From Thalia democratica (taxonomy: Eukaryota): a stretch of DNA of 64,000 bases. Each line of letters opens with the position of its first letter. Positions within the stretch are counted from its first letter, which is position 1. The position numbers and the translations under genes are program-made. Shown here in pieces: positions 22,935 to 36,720 of this stretch. Below the pieces are notes generated by a model. The model had not been told where the DNA came from. It saw only the letters and a list, made by a program, of their open reading frames with translations, and did no database searches. The stretch lies in the NCBI GenBank assembly GCA_965202585.1, contig OZ241830.1:6944001-7008000 (forward strand), given 5' to 3'.

Positions 22935-25900
22935 TTTAAACCTGTAACTTTGGTATATTTGAATTTGCAGTAACTTTTGTAATTTTTTGTATTGGACTTT
23001 GTAAAATGATTTAACCAAAAACTTTATTTATCTATTTTAGCTAGAATTATTAAATTTTATGTTATTAGTGTCTTTTTTTTTTCTTTATAAATTTAATTTA
23101 GTCAAGTCTAAACAGTTTTGGCTCTTATGAATTTAAACACTCTCAACATTTTATTAACTGACTAAATTACTTGTTTTGGAATTGCTTAATTGATTTATAA
23201 AATTTTATATTAGTTTTGTATACCAATATTAATTCTACTTTGAAACAAATTTAGAAAACTTTTAATATAATTTTTAAGTGATGTACATTATATGTTAATA
23301 TGTATTACGATGTTGTACAGCCAAAGCATTATATATCATTAAACTTTAAACGAAATTATTAAGCTAATACATTGTTTTGAACGTTTAACTCTATCATATC
23401 TTTGACTTTGATGTAAATATGTACACCTATTTGTTATGTATAAATGAATATGTAGTAGAACTTCTTAGTTAAACAAATTATTATGACTAAGTGTATTTTT
23501 ATAATATTTAACAACATACAGCTGTATACCTTTTTTAGCAAAATTATTATTATTAATTGTAATATGAATAAGCAGAACAGATGATTTCAGTTCTTATTGT
23601 ATTAGTATTTTTTACTGTTTACAACTAATAACAGCTGTTGTAAGTAGAATTAAATACTTTTATATTAATAATAAAATATGACTGTCTATAAATTTAATGA
23701 ACACCTGATTTACTTTCTTATAATATAATCAAATATCAGATGTAATAAAGACCTCAAACGTTGAACAATAATTCTTAGTCAGTTTGTTTTAAGTGTAACA
23801 ATAAGTGTTGAAACTTTTAAATCAGTGATATTTTTTAAATGGATAAATAAAAATCACACTAAAACTTTTTAATCTAATAGAAACATTAAAAACATATTAA
23901 ACGTTTTATTAACTTTGAAGATTGAAATAAAACAAAAGTAGAAAACAGTTTATAAGTCTTTGAAAAACCGATCGTATTTAAATGTTTGTATTCTTGGTAA
24001 ATTCAATTTAATTAACCTCAACAACTAATTTATAAAAATATATTTAAACTACTGATTTTTTATTTATTTATAATAAAATTAATAAATAATATACATGTAT
24101 TTTATTAATAAATAAGAGAAATTTAAGGTTAATAAAACTACTACATTATAAACTAAATAATAAATCTAACTGCTAAACCGTGAATAAGATTTAAAGATTA
24201 ACTTTTATCTTAAGTTTTAAAACTGCAAATATCAATACTTTATTTACATGGTAAAATCAATTACAATTATATGTAGATCAGATATCCTTTCTAAGCTGTT
24301 ACACTTAACCAACCTTAAGCATAAACTAAATATTGTAATAAACTAAAAGTTTGTTACTTTTGAGAAAAAAAAACAATTACTAAGTTTCACCGCAAAGTGG
24401 ATTTTTAAATTTAAATCTGTAGTTAAATAATATTAGTAAAAATGAAAAATAATTAAAAATTGGTGTGAATTATTTATTTTTACAAATAAAAATCCAAGTA
24501 AATAAATTAAGAATTATATTGATGCTAAACAACCTTTTAATTTTTAATATTTAAAAACTCTTAAATTATAGTTCAGAAACAAATACAATTAAACCATTAT
24601 ATACAGTGGGGTATTGATATCTAATAGATTTAAAAAGACAAACCTTCACAGAGTTAAAAATTATGGAGTAGTGAATTAATATTATTAAGTACGAAGTTCC
24701 TATAATTGATTAATAATGTAATAATGTTTGAAATAAATCAACTTGCAAAACACCTATGGGATTTAAACAGTAACTAAATAAAACACTCAGTAGAATCAGT
24801 AAAATCTAACACAAACCATACTAACATGTGCACTTATGTAACCTAGAAAGATTCTTATAGCCTATAACAGAATAACTATCCAGTTTTTATCAAATAATAT
24901 CAGCACAAGAAAACAACAAACATTATCTAAATATTTTATCGAATAAACCGTGGCAGTTTTTCTTTTTGTTTTTTAAATTAACACATGTTGAAAAACATTT
25001 TTTTAACATTTTTTTTTGCGTCATGTAAGTAAAAGTAATGCGTAAAAAAAAAGCAAGTTGTTTTTTATTTTATTGTTTGTAAATTTTAAAATATAAAAAC
25101 TATACATAGTATTTGTATAAGGCCTAGATAGTATCTTATTTTTCATTTAATTGCAGCAATTTAATTTCAGCAACATCTAAATACTACCCATAGTTTAAAT
25201 TAAATTGCATCAAATAATGGGCATAATTGATTGAAGCAATTCTACACATAAAATAGTGCCCATAAAATAGTACACATAAGTCCAAACAACTACTTCTATA
25301 AGTTTATTAAATATAAATTACTTATATACAATTATAAATCAAACAATTGGTTTATGTGTGTTCAATTTTAATTATCTTATTTTGTATATAAAATCTTAAA
25401 CAAAAAAAAATATCCAAAATATTTCTAATATGGTAAGCCATTACTTCTGTTAGTATAAAAAATATAAATTACATAAATATTAAATCAAACAATTGGTTTA
25501 AGTGTATTCGAGTTTTTTTTTTCTTTATTAAATGTTACATAAAACAAATATACATTATCTTTCAATAAGTCTAGCCACTACTATTGGTTTCAGTGTAGTC
25601 AAGTTATTTTTTATTTGTTTGTTTGAAAATTTTAGAATAAAAAGACTAATCAGGTTTGCAAATCTTTTAGATATAAAAGAATTGATAAAAGCTCTTTTTT
25701 TTAAACAGGAATTTTTGAATTTTTTGTTTTTTTTTAACTTTTATTTAGCCGAAAGTCATGCTAGTTTTTAAAGATTAACAAAGTAGGATGCACAATACAA
25801 TAAATAATAAACAATTTTTAGGCAAAAGTGCAAAGTTTAAGAACAAAATATTTTACTTAAAACAAATTAATTAATTTTTAAGTTGAAAATAAGACAAATC

Positions 25901-26101
25901 AAGCTGTTAAGCAGAAATAAAAACGACCTTTGTTACAAAACAAAAACTGGACAAGACGTTAAAAGGTGTACGACTCGATAAGCGAAAGGTTTAGCTACAG
26001 TAAATATTTTGGGGTCTGTAAAGAGGAATATAAAAAGACCATAGTACAACTGATTTTTTTTTGATATTTGCCTGGGACTAACAAACACCTGCCGACCCCT
26101 G

Positions 26102-26109
26102 TTCTAGTT
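26102..26109. other. Empty (pre-insertion) site of the 698-bp MITE
   Basis: GCCGACCCCTG-TTCTAGTT-GTGTAAATAAA matches both flanks of the filled copy at 34324-34942 with a single TTCTAGTT. Confidence 0.85.
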
Positions 26110-28611
26110 GTGTAAATAAAAAATTAGTTTAATAATTTAATAGTACTGTGTTAGAATGCTGTTTAATTGCCTAAAAGTGAATTATTTAGTAACAAACTAG
26201 TAACAAACCTATATTAAATTATATTAAACAAGGCAAACTACTAGTCAGTGTCTTTTTATTTTTTCTTAAACTTAAGTTAAGGTTAAATTTGTTTCAAACT
26301 GTCTGTTTAAAACAAATAGTTTTAGGTAAGTAGCTCCAACTAAAGCCTTCATTTGGACGATAAACTGTAATGTGTAGAAAGTTATTATAGAAAAATTCAA
26401 AATTATAAAATTTCAAAATGTTTATAAGTATTTACATTTATAGAAAACAAATTCAATTTGTGAACATTTTTATTATTTTTAAAATATCGAAGACAAAATT
26501 CCGTAAAATTATTTAAAGAAAAAAAGCGCTGGACAGGATTAGTTTCGGCTGCCAGTACCAAACTAAAGGACTTCGTACATTTAATCTAGTCAAATATTCT
26601 GTGAAACGTCAAAAATATTTTCTTTGAAAAATAAAAATCAAAAAAAATACAGAAAAAACTTTCCACTCAATTTATTTTATTCTATAATCAAACAAACAAA
26701 AACAATTAAAAACTAATTTTTATTTTTATCAAATAAGGAGTGCTGTTTAATTCTAAAATGAAATATAGTTTTTATGACACTTCAAAAACTTCTATCTTGG
26801 CTTATTGTTTATTCTAATCGTCGGTTCTAAACTAACACGTGCAAACGTTTTAAAGATAGCATTTACAAAACATAATTAAATTAATTTTAATACAAAATAT
26901 AATATAAAATACTATAACTTAGACTCAAATAATCAAAACTATGAAATATAAAAAATGTGCTGTCATTAAAAAATTATTGTCTTGACAGCATAATAATATT
27001 GGAACGCTTTAAAATGCTCTCAAAACTAATTTATAACCGTGTTAGACATCTTTTAAACTAAATGGAACTCCTATTTACTCTAAAACACTTCAAAATTTTC
27101 TCTTATATAGGAAAAACTTATATAAAGTTTGATCTTTAAAATTTTTCATAAAATTCAAATTTTTTTTAATATCTAGTCAAAACTTGAAAGCTAGATGACT
27201 GGCAATTTTGATTGATTCATAATTTAATCTTCTATTTTAAAATTGTTACTTAATACTTACTTATTTAAAAATTAGTTTTTATTATAATATTTTTTGTTTG
27301 TAAGTACTTTTCTCTCATCCTAAGAAAAACATATTTGGAAAGAACACACAGTTCTAGACTCTGGATATTTACACTAAATGTCGTAATTATTAAATTGATT
27401 TATAGCAAGTTTAATTTTCATTTGTACACTAACAATTTCACTATAAAATGTAACTTTTTTTTCAAAAAAAAAACTACTGTTTGCAGATAAAACCCGTTAA
27501 AAAAACATTTTCTTCTTCAAAAAGCAGTAGAAAGTTTTTTTTTCATATGAATAAACTTTATTAACAATAAAAAAGTTGAAACAACAACAAGTATAAATAT
27601 AAACACATATTTAATATTAACACTGACATGCACTACACAGAAAACCAAGCTTGTAAGCTATATGAGTATAAGTAAAACTAAATTACTTTCTGTTTTTGAA
27701 AAATTTGCACTTTAAATTGTAATAAAACTGCTTAGCAATTGATAACTTATATTAAAACAAAAATAGTGCTGTAAAAATATTACTTTTGCAGAACTGTAAA
27801 CCTTTTTGTGATTTTTATGTTACAAGAAATGTTTATATGTAGCATACTAAATTTTAAAACCGTTTTACTAGTAATATTTACTAGTAATTTTCTTTAAATA
27901 CTGCCCTTAGAACTAGAAATTTAAGGACAGTATGTAAAAAAAGTTTTAAAACCAGAGTATACTTTTTTATTTACGGATTATTTATCTATTTTATACTTTA
28001 ATATTGCATTATGTAATTATTTTTTACTTATTGTTTTGGTGCTAGCAAAAAAATATTTTAAAAGAATTGTCACAAATCGGCATAAGTAATCATCAGAAAA
28101 TACAAGCTTAGTTTTTTTTATAAAATAACTTGGAATATCAATAATCGAATATTTGAAATAATGAAAAAGTTCTTTTAAAGTACAATTGAAATACTAATAA
28201 GGCGAAACTTTAATTTACAAACTACACAGTATTTTATAATCGTAATGTATTTTGAACTTTTAAAGTTAATTGAAAGGTTTTTTTTAAAGGTTAGATACAG
28301 CCAATGGCAAAAGCTTTTTTGGTACCTAAAGTTTCAAATGTAACAAAGCTCTTATTAAGTGTTAGAAAACTTTACAAAAAGCTTATAACTTTTATTTATA
28401 TCAACCATTTATTTCCAACAACAGTGATATCGTTGTAGCACGTCAAAAAGTTGAAATATATATCAGAAAACAAAACAAAAAAGTTATAGCGATAGATATT
28501 TTAAAGTTCCTAAACAATTTTATTCTATTAAGTCCACTGCATACAAGTAAAATTAAACTTTAAACGAAACTTTTTATACTATAAATAAATCTATATCAAC
28601 TCTTCAGAAAA

Positions 28612-28725
28612 TGTACTCGTGCAAAATTGACCATTGGTGCAAAACCGTCATCGTGCAATTTTGTTCACTCGTGCTATTTGGTAACTTCGTGCAATTTTGT
28701 CTTCGTGCAATTTAGACCCGCTCCG
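28612..28725. mobile_element. Partial copy (one end) of the 698-bp MITE, carried by segmental duplication
   Basis: Ends TTTAGACCCGCTCCG-AACTAGAA with the same flank as 9680. About 28610-29640 parallels 9530-10660. Confidence 0.8.
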
Positions 28726-30945
28726 AACTAGAACTTGGGTCGGCAGGTTTTTGTTAGTCGCTGGCTAATTTCAAAAAAAAACATTCCTCTTTTTTATATT
28801 CCTCTTTTTAAACCCCAACGTATCTACTGAACGACAGAAAAAGCGCTTAAAATAATTGGTCCAAAGACCCGGTGTACGAAAAAACCTTTCGCTTATCGAG
28901 TCGTTAACCTGTATGAATTTTTTAAACGTCTTGTCCACGTTGTTTGTAATAAGGATCACTTTCATTTCTGCTTCTTTTCATCTTAACTTATGTTATTTTC
29001 AATCGCTCAAAAATTAGTTAAATTTGATTTTACTAAAATAGTCTGTTGTTAAACTTTGTACTTTTGCCTAAAAATTGTTTACCATTTATTTTCCTGTGCT
29101 TTCTACTTAGTAAATTTTTAAATACTAGCACAACTTTCGGCTAAATACAACTTAAACAAAATCAAAAACTGCGAAAGTTCCTGTTAAAGATTGAAACAAA
29201 ATAAAATTGGTTTTAAAAAATTTTTTAATATCTATTAGTTTCATAAACCTTGTTAAGTAGTAATAATACATAGTTAGCTTTTAATGTAAGCGTACACTGT
29301 TTTTATATTTCAAGTTTTTTGAAGTAATAAAATATCGACTAACATATAATAAAAACAAAAAGAATTTTACATTAACGATTAAGATTTTTAACAAATTAAA
29401 GTCTTAAAATTAAGTTACTTATATAAAGTACTGTATAGATTTCATTCCCATATATATTTAGATAAAAAAGTACATGTCTGAGTAGTGCTCATAAAAAAGG
29501 TATAAAGTAATTACCAATATACATTAAAGTACCGGGTAAGTTTATATTTATTACGTTTTCTTTTAAATCTCTTCTGAGTTTGCACTCACTCAATATCTAT
29601 TAAATGAAAAATGTAAGAATGCACGTGTTTTTAAATATTTAATCTCACTAGAATTACGATTTGTCTCCTAAACTTAAATAAACAAATAGTATAATGCAAT
29701 GTTTAATTCAACAAATATTATTTAAACTATGGTAGTACGTAATCAGTATTTATTTTATGATTAATATAATATAATAAAAAATCCAGTATTTTCAAGTTGC
29801 TTAAATTATTTGTTAGATTTAATTTGTAGAAACCAACGCATACAACTTTAAATTTGTTGTTGCGTATCTAAATGATGGAAAAAAATCCTGTGACCGAAAT
29901 ATTTATGCTTACTAATTTTTATTTGAAGTTTTTATAACTCCTACTAAAGGATTATTATTTATCAATTTAGGATTAGACTGAAAAAATTAAAGAATGGTTG
30001 ATTAAAAACTATAGATGAAAGTATATTTTTACTGAAATAGCATTTTTTAAATTTTGAATTCATTCTTTACACAAGGAACCAATTAAGCTATCTAACTTCG
30101 TAGCTTTAGATCTCAAAAACTATGTTAGATTTTTGTAACGGTAAAAGAAACTGTTAAAGGTTTAAAATCTTTAAAAAAAGGACGGCATGTAAAAAAGTTT
30201 AACAAATAAGCATAAAACAGGCAGCAAAGTTTCCTAACAAACAAAAATTGAAGTTTTTGTAAATATTCTTTTTCTGCGTTAGCTGTTTTTCAGCCAAAAT
30301 CAACGTCGCGAATTTTTTTTAGTTTATCAATTGGTTGGCTGCATTTGTTGATGGTATAACCAGCAGTAATGCTTATTTTCTTCAGCAATTCTTAGAAGTT
30401 CTAAATCTGAGATAGTATTAATTCTATCCAAAATTATAAAAAATTTTATTTTTACACATAAAAAACAACTAATTCGTAAATTTTACATTTTTTCTTGTTT
30501 TTTTTAATGTTTCAATAGAAACTAATCAATTTTTACTCAATATTTACAAATCTTTATGTTACAGTTAAAGTTAAAAACTCTACTGTATAAACAAAATTGT
30601 TTTTTTTATTAACCAGATTAGTAATAATGACATAAAGTATGTACTAGTAGATTATTTGGTTTTTTTCTAGAACTAATTTTATTTTTTGAGGTTTATAAAG
30701 TTTTTTTTTTTAAACTGAAAATAACTATGCAGGGTTGCAAAAATGTCAAATTTAACAGTTCTGAGAAGTAAATTTTTATTGACTTTTGACTTAAAATTTC
30801 ACGATTGAGTAATTGTATGGCGACGTTTTTATACAAATCTAGCAGTAATGAAGCTGAAAGATAAAGTAAAATGTAAATTTATAAGTACAACATTAACGAC
30901 AAACCACATTTAATGTAAAATCGATAAGTATTATTAAAACAAGTA

Positions 30946-30966
30946 ACCGGGCATTACCGGCCGGTT
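30946..30966 (+). promoter_or_regulatory. Conserved distal CCGG motif ACCGGGCATTACCGGCCGGTT upstream of Kelch genes
   Basis: Also at 1300-1320, 44432-44445 (partial), 60931-60951 and 59438-59459 (- strand, degenerate). Where a gene follows, it lies 1.3-1.5 kb before the ATG. Function is inferred only. Confidence 0.45.
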
Positions 30967-32301
30967 AAACACTCTTACATATTGTATGTAGTTCGCATTG
31001 CATCATGATAACTTTTCTAAATTACGCCTGAAAAACAGCTATGATATTTAATTTACAAAAACCAGTTTATTCTAGGTCAATTAATAATCTTATTAATGGT
31101 TTAGCAATTAGATTTAATATTTAGTTTATAAGGTAAAAGTTTTATTAACTTTATTTTTTTCTTATTTATTATTAAAGTGCATGGATAGTATTAATTGCCT
31201 TCATTATAAACAGAAAAAAAACACATCAGTAACTTTAATATATTTCTATGAATTATTTTTTGAGATTAAATAAATTTAATTTACCAAGAATACAAACATT
31301 TTGATACGATCGGTTTTTCAAAGACTTATAAACTGTTTTCTACTTTGGTTTTACTTCAATCTTCAAAGTAGATAAAACGTTAGATGTTTTTTAGTGTTTC
31401 TAATAGGTTTAAAAAAATTAGTATGATTTTTATTTATCCATTGTAAAAATATCACTGATTTAAAGGTTTCAACACTTCTAGTTTCCCTTAAAACAAAGAG
31501 ACTAAGAATTATTGTTTAAGGTTTGAGGCGTTTATTATATATGATCTTGATTATATTGTAAGTAGGAAATCTGATATTCATTACATTTATAGACACTAAT
31601 ATTTTACTATTAAAATAAAAGTATTTAATTCTACTAACAACAGCTGTAATTGATTCTAATCAGTTAGATAATCTAATATAACAAGAATCAATTTTTCTGT
31701 TTATTCATATTACATTCAATAAACATAACTATGCTAAAAAAATATATACAGCTGTTTGATTTCCAATGTTTTAGTAAGTAAATAAGTGTTTTAGTTAAAA
31801 TTAATTGTTTACTTAAAATATTCTATTTTGTATTCATTTATATATGAAAACTAGGTGAACTTATTTACATCAAATTTAAAGTTTAAATAGAGTTAAACTT
31901 TCAAAACAATTTCGTTTACTTCTTAGTAATACATTATGCTAAGGCTGTACAACATCGTAATATATATTAACATAAAATAAACAACACTTATAAAGTTTAA
32001 AGAAGAATTAATATTGTTGTACTAAACTAATATTAAATTTAACAAAACAATTAAGCAATTGCAAAACAAGTTAATTATTCAGTTGAAAATTTGTTGAGAG
32101 TGTTTAAATTCATATAAGCCAAAATTATTTACACTTAACAATATTACATTCATAAAGAGTCAAATATCACTAGTAACATAAAAGTATACAATTCTTCGTA
32201 AAATAAATTAATAAAGTTTTAAATTGAATCAATCTACAAAATCCAATACTAAACCAGACAATCTACTATAAATTTAAATATACCAAAGTTACAGGCTTAA
32301 A

Positions 32302-33243
32302 ATGGTAGTTAAATTTTCATATGAAACAACACGAGTATTGTACCAAAATCGATTCTGTGAACAAGAAAACTTTGATGTTATTTTTTCTGAAAGCACTGCT
32401 GTGTTAAAACACTCTGTGGAAGGAAAAATTTTAAGATTAAGTTCACGTAACTTAGAAATAATTAAAACTATATATCATTCAAATGAACATTCATACAATG
32501 ACTTAACAATTTGTGAAAGATCCAATGTTTGGACTGTTTGCTTAAGATTAGTAGTTAAAGGCGAATCTAAAACACGATCTTCATTCAGGATTTATAGTGA
32601 TAAAACTGACCAATGGGTTAATGTAGTTCAAATACCTGATGGTAGAGAAAACTTTAGCGCTTGTTCGTTTATGAAAAACATTTATGTATTTGGTGGATAT
32701 ACTGACTCATCCCTCAAATGTTGTTATAAATATGATACAAAAAGGAGTAAGTGGATATTTATCGCCAAAATGAATAAATTTAGGCAATTTGCAGGTTGTA
32801 CAGTATTCAAAGGTAAAGTTGTCTTAACTGGTGGTTACGATGGTAAAAATGGTGTAAATTTGAGCTCAGTAGAAGCATATGATTTTTACGAGAATAAATG
32901 GGACTCTCTGCCTCGCATGATCAACAAAAGATGTCTACATGGAGCAGTTTGTATGGGCAACAAGCTGTTTGTCATTGGTGGGGCTTACAATGTTTCTTGC
33001 GAGGTTTTTGATAGCAGTTCTATGAAGTTCACTAGTATCAAGCATTTAGAGCGCAATTGTTATCAGTTTGTTTCCGCGGTCAGTTTTGGTAGTGAAATTT
33101 TAATTTTTGGTTCAGGGTTTAGAGCAGGAAAAGAAAGAATTCGCATTTATAATGTTGACAAAAATGAATGGTACTGTAAAAGTGATTGTTTTAAGCAGTT
33201 TGAAGGAGGTTTAGTATGTCTTTCAAAGCTTTTTGTTATTTAA
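32302..33243 (+). CDS. K6: Kelch-only beta-propeller protein, 313 aa (N3-CA type)
   Basis: Intact ORF. The N-terminal ~147 aa differ from K4 at only 2 positions. Confidence 0.92.
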   Translation: MVVKFSYETTRVLYQNRFCEQENFDVIFSESTAVLKHSVEGKILRLSSRNLEIIKTIYHSNEHSYNDLTICERSNVWTVCLRLVVKGESKTRSSFRIYSDKTDQWVNVVQIPDGRENFSACSFMKNIYVFGGYTDSSLKCCYKYDTKRSKWIFIAKMNKFRQFAGCTVFKGKVVLTGGYDGKNGVNLSSVEAYDFYENKWDSLPRMINKRCLHGAVCMGNKLFVIGGAYNVSCEVFDSSSMKFTSIKHLERNCYQFVSAVSFGSEILIFGSGFRAGKERIRIYNVDKNEWYCKSDCFKQFEGGLVCLSKLFVI

Positions 33244-34323
33244 CAGTTTAAAATCTCAATGGTGCCTGATATTTTTGTTAAATGTACAATGTGTTTGTTG
33301 TTGTTTTATATTGATATACTATTTAAACTTATTTTAGTTTTCAAAATTAAAAAGAATATGTTGCTGTTTGGTACTGACTTTTTTTTTGTAGTTGAACTAC
33401 TTAGTTTTCAAAGGTAACTGTGGATATTGTTGTTTTGTTTATTTTGTCTTTTCACTTCAACAATAAACAAAAAAACATAAATTTTTTAATTTTTATAATT
33501 AAAATCATTATAATTAATAAAAAGTTAAATTTTACAGATAAATGTTACTGATGAAACTAATTTGATTACTGGTGAATTCTACGTTATTAATCTTTAAAAT
33601 CTAATATAAATTTCGACAAAAAAGATTTGAAGAAAAAATTGGAAATGTGTCGATTTAAAATTATAAAATAAACAGTATAGTTTTTTTTATATTTATACTA
33701 GTAGATTTTATGAAACGAGTTAAGAGTTTATATTATCTAAAAATGTGTAACGTAAGCGTACACTGTTTATAGCTTTAGATTTAATGATAGCATATTGTAA
33801 CATCTAGCATAAAACATAAAGAGAAGATTAATGTAAAATAATTAAAGTCAAATTAATACCATTTTTATTAAAAAGTTTACAAAAAATTTGCATAAAATTA
33901 TCACAACTTTTTTTTGAATTAACTATTTAGTTCAATATCTTTGGAAATTTATTTTTAAATTACTGTAATAACGTTAATTCTTAATAAATAAAGGTGTTAT
34001 ATGTTTAAGAATTGAATATAAAATAACACAACTGTAATAACTAATTGATAAAGCAGAGAAAATTTATGTGCTACAAAAAGAAATCACTTGAAAAACAAGC
34101 TTGCGTCAATACCAATTAGTAATAAATACTTTTTCGGTTCAGATTTTATAATTTACTTTTGTATTATGTTTTTGTTTCCCAACAGGACTGGCTTAAAACT
34201 TACTAAAAGAGCTTTTTGTAATTAAATAAAGTTTTTGATAAAACTTTAATCCGTTTGCAAAGTTTGACTGTTCTTTGAAATTTGCCTGCGACTAACAAAA
34301 ACCCGTCGACCCCTGTTCTAGTT

Positions 34324-34942
34324 CGGAACGGGACTAAATTGGACGAAGACAAAATTGCACTGAGTTACTAATTTGCACGAGGGCACAAAATTGCGAAAGG
34401 GCACAAAATTGCACGATGACGGTTTTGCACCAATGGTCAATTTTGCACGAGTTACATTTTCTGACGACAGTTAAAAATACAGAAAAATTAAAAAAAAAAA
34501 TAAACAAAAAAATGAAAAATAAAATATTTATGAAAAAAAAAGAAAGACTGACCGAGGGTAAGTATTAGGGGTAACATTGATAGTAAACAACAAATAACTA
34601 ATAAAATTATTTATGATAAAAAAAATATTAAAAATTAAAAACTACCGACCGAGGGTAATGGTTAGGGGTAATAGTGGTAGTAAAAAAAAAATTAAAAAAA
34701 AAAAACAATAAAAAACTAAAATAAAAAATTTAAGTAAAAAAAAAAAAAAAAACTTACCGACAGAGGATAAGGATTAGGGGAAAAAGTGATAGAAAAAAAT
34801 ATATACATATCAAATTAATATAAAAAATTGAAAAAAACTATAACTGATTCGTGCAAAATTGTCTACTCGTGCAAAAGTATCTTCATGCAATTTTATCCCC
34901 TCGTGCAATTTTGTACCCTCGTGCAATTTAGACAGCTACCCG
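34324..34942. mobile_element. Inverted duplicate of the 698-bp MITE family element, TSD TTCTAGTT
   Basis: Same TIRs, TSD (34316-34323, 34943-34950) and flanks as the reverse complement of 8940-9720. Confidence 0.85.
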
Positions 34943-36100
34943 TTCTAGTTACGTAAATAAACAATTAGTTTAAAAAGCACAGTAGACTGCTGTATAACTG
35001 CCTAAAAGTTTCTCATTTAATAATATACTAGTGCATTTTACTTTATTATAATTCAAACAACGCAAATTACACATCAGTGTCTTTTTAATTCTTTATATTT
35101 TTAGTATAACTTTTTTACTAGACTTCGGGTTAAATTTATTTCATTAATTAAACTTTTTATTTCTAAAACAAGTTTTAATTTTTTATTTAGAATTTTTTCT
35201 TAATTAATATTTTGTTAAACCTATTTTCACGTGTTAAACCATAAGAATTTGAGCATTAGAAAAACTGTTTAATAATTAACTAACTTTGCTGTTCTTAATT
35301 TACTTTCAGTTTTAAACTTTAATAAAGTGATTGTAGAAATTAATCAGATTTAAAATTATTTAGTCAAACAATATCTTTTTTGATTGTATAGTTAAAGGTT
35401 CAAAATTAATTATTTCTACTCATATAAGCCAAAACAGTTAACTTAACTACACTGAATTTATAGAAAGCCATATATACTTCTACTTACAATAGCTATAGTT
35501 AGACCTAATAAAATAGAAAATCTAATACATCAGGAAAGGAAATCAATTGTTGTGCTTATTCATATTACAATCAATAAACATGACTATGCTACAAAAGATA
35601 TACAGCTGTCTGTTTTTAAATGTTTTAGTAAGTAAAAATACACTTAGTCAAAACAATTTGTTTAAATAAGATATTTTAATTTATATATAATAATTAGGTC
35701 AACTTATTTACAATAAATTTAGAGATACTCACAGTTGAACGTTCGAAACAATGAATTAAATTAACAATTTCGTTTACTTCTTAGTCATACATTATGCCAA
35801 GGCTGTACGACATCGTAATACGTATTAACATATGATAGACAACAATTAAAAAGTTTTCTTTTTTTAAAGCAGAATTAATATTGTTACACTAAACTAATTT
35901 AAAATCTTATAAATCAATTAAGCAATTGCAAAACAAGTTATTTAGTCAGTTGAAAATTTGTTGAGAGTGTTTCAATTCATATAAGCCAAAACTATTTACA
36001 CTTAACTATATTACATTTATAAAGATTCAAATATCACTAGTAGCATAAAAGTATACAACTCTTCGTAAAATAAATAAAGTTTTTAATTGAATAAATCTAC
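34943..36100 (+). promoter_or_regulatory. Orphan Kelch upstream region (gene deleted)
   Basis: Collinear with the K10/K2 upstream region and the K6 proximal region (ACTAGTAGCATAAAAGTATA). It breaks roughly 55 nt before the expected ATG and joins sequence homologous to about 15370 onward. Confidence 0.75.
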
Positions 36101-36327
36101 ATTTCAAAAGATTTCAAAAAATTTCACCAGAAGTACTCCAGATGAACTATTTCAATAACATGTTATTAATAAATACAAATAATTTTGTTTTTCATTTTTA
36201 ATTGTTTATTATTTGTATATCATAGTAAAATTTATTTTTTAGACTCGATGACTTAGAGTTTCTTTTGTAGACATAAGATCAAACTTTTTGAGCATTTTTT
36301 TATCGTTAGATAAACAGTACTTCAGAA

Positions 36328-36720
36328 CAGGGCTTCCCAAACTTTTATTCGTAAGGCTCTTAAAAAGAAATAAAAGAATCTATGGCCCTCTCCGACAATA
36401 TTTTTCAAAAAGACTACCATTAATTATACCTAAGACTTGCTCTTCATCATCAACTCCAGAATAACTAGTAAAAGTTTCAAGTAATGGCCTTGTGGCTTCC
36501 TCTTTTACAGCTTTCCTAAATTTCAAAAATTTTACCTAGTAGCTAGCACAATTTGTAAAACTACCCTTAAATACGCCAGATATACTTTCTTTTCTTTATT
36601 GCTCTTTATCATCAACTTAACAGTATCTGTGTAAGTTTTTCGAATTAGTTGTGGCCTCGTGGTCCCTGATTGGCCCACTTGTAGCTTAAGACCCCTTAAA
36701 TTTCTGAAATGGCATACAAG
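36328..36720. mobile_element. Degenerate hAT-like element end
   Basis: CAGGGCTTCCCAAACT TIR-like start with GGCCC motifs. A decayed homolog lies near 15580-15790. No second TIR or TSD found, and the right boundary is approximate. Confidence 0.4.

Noticed and set aside
22935-23018. 29-aa N-terminal extension of K5
   Set aside because: Not open or conserved in paralogs. The conserved AAATGG start is at 22934.
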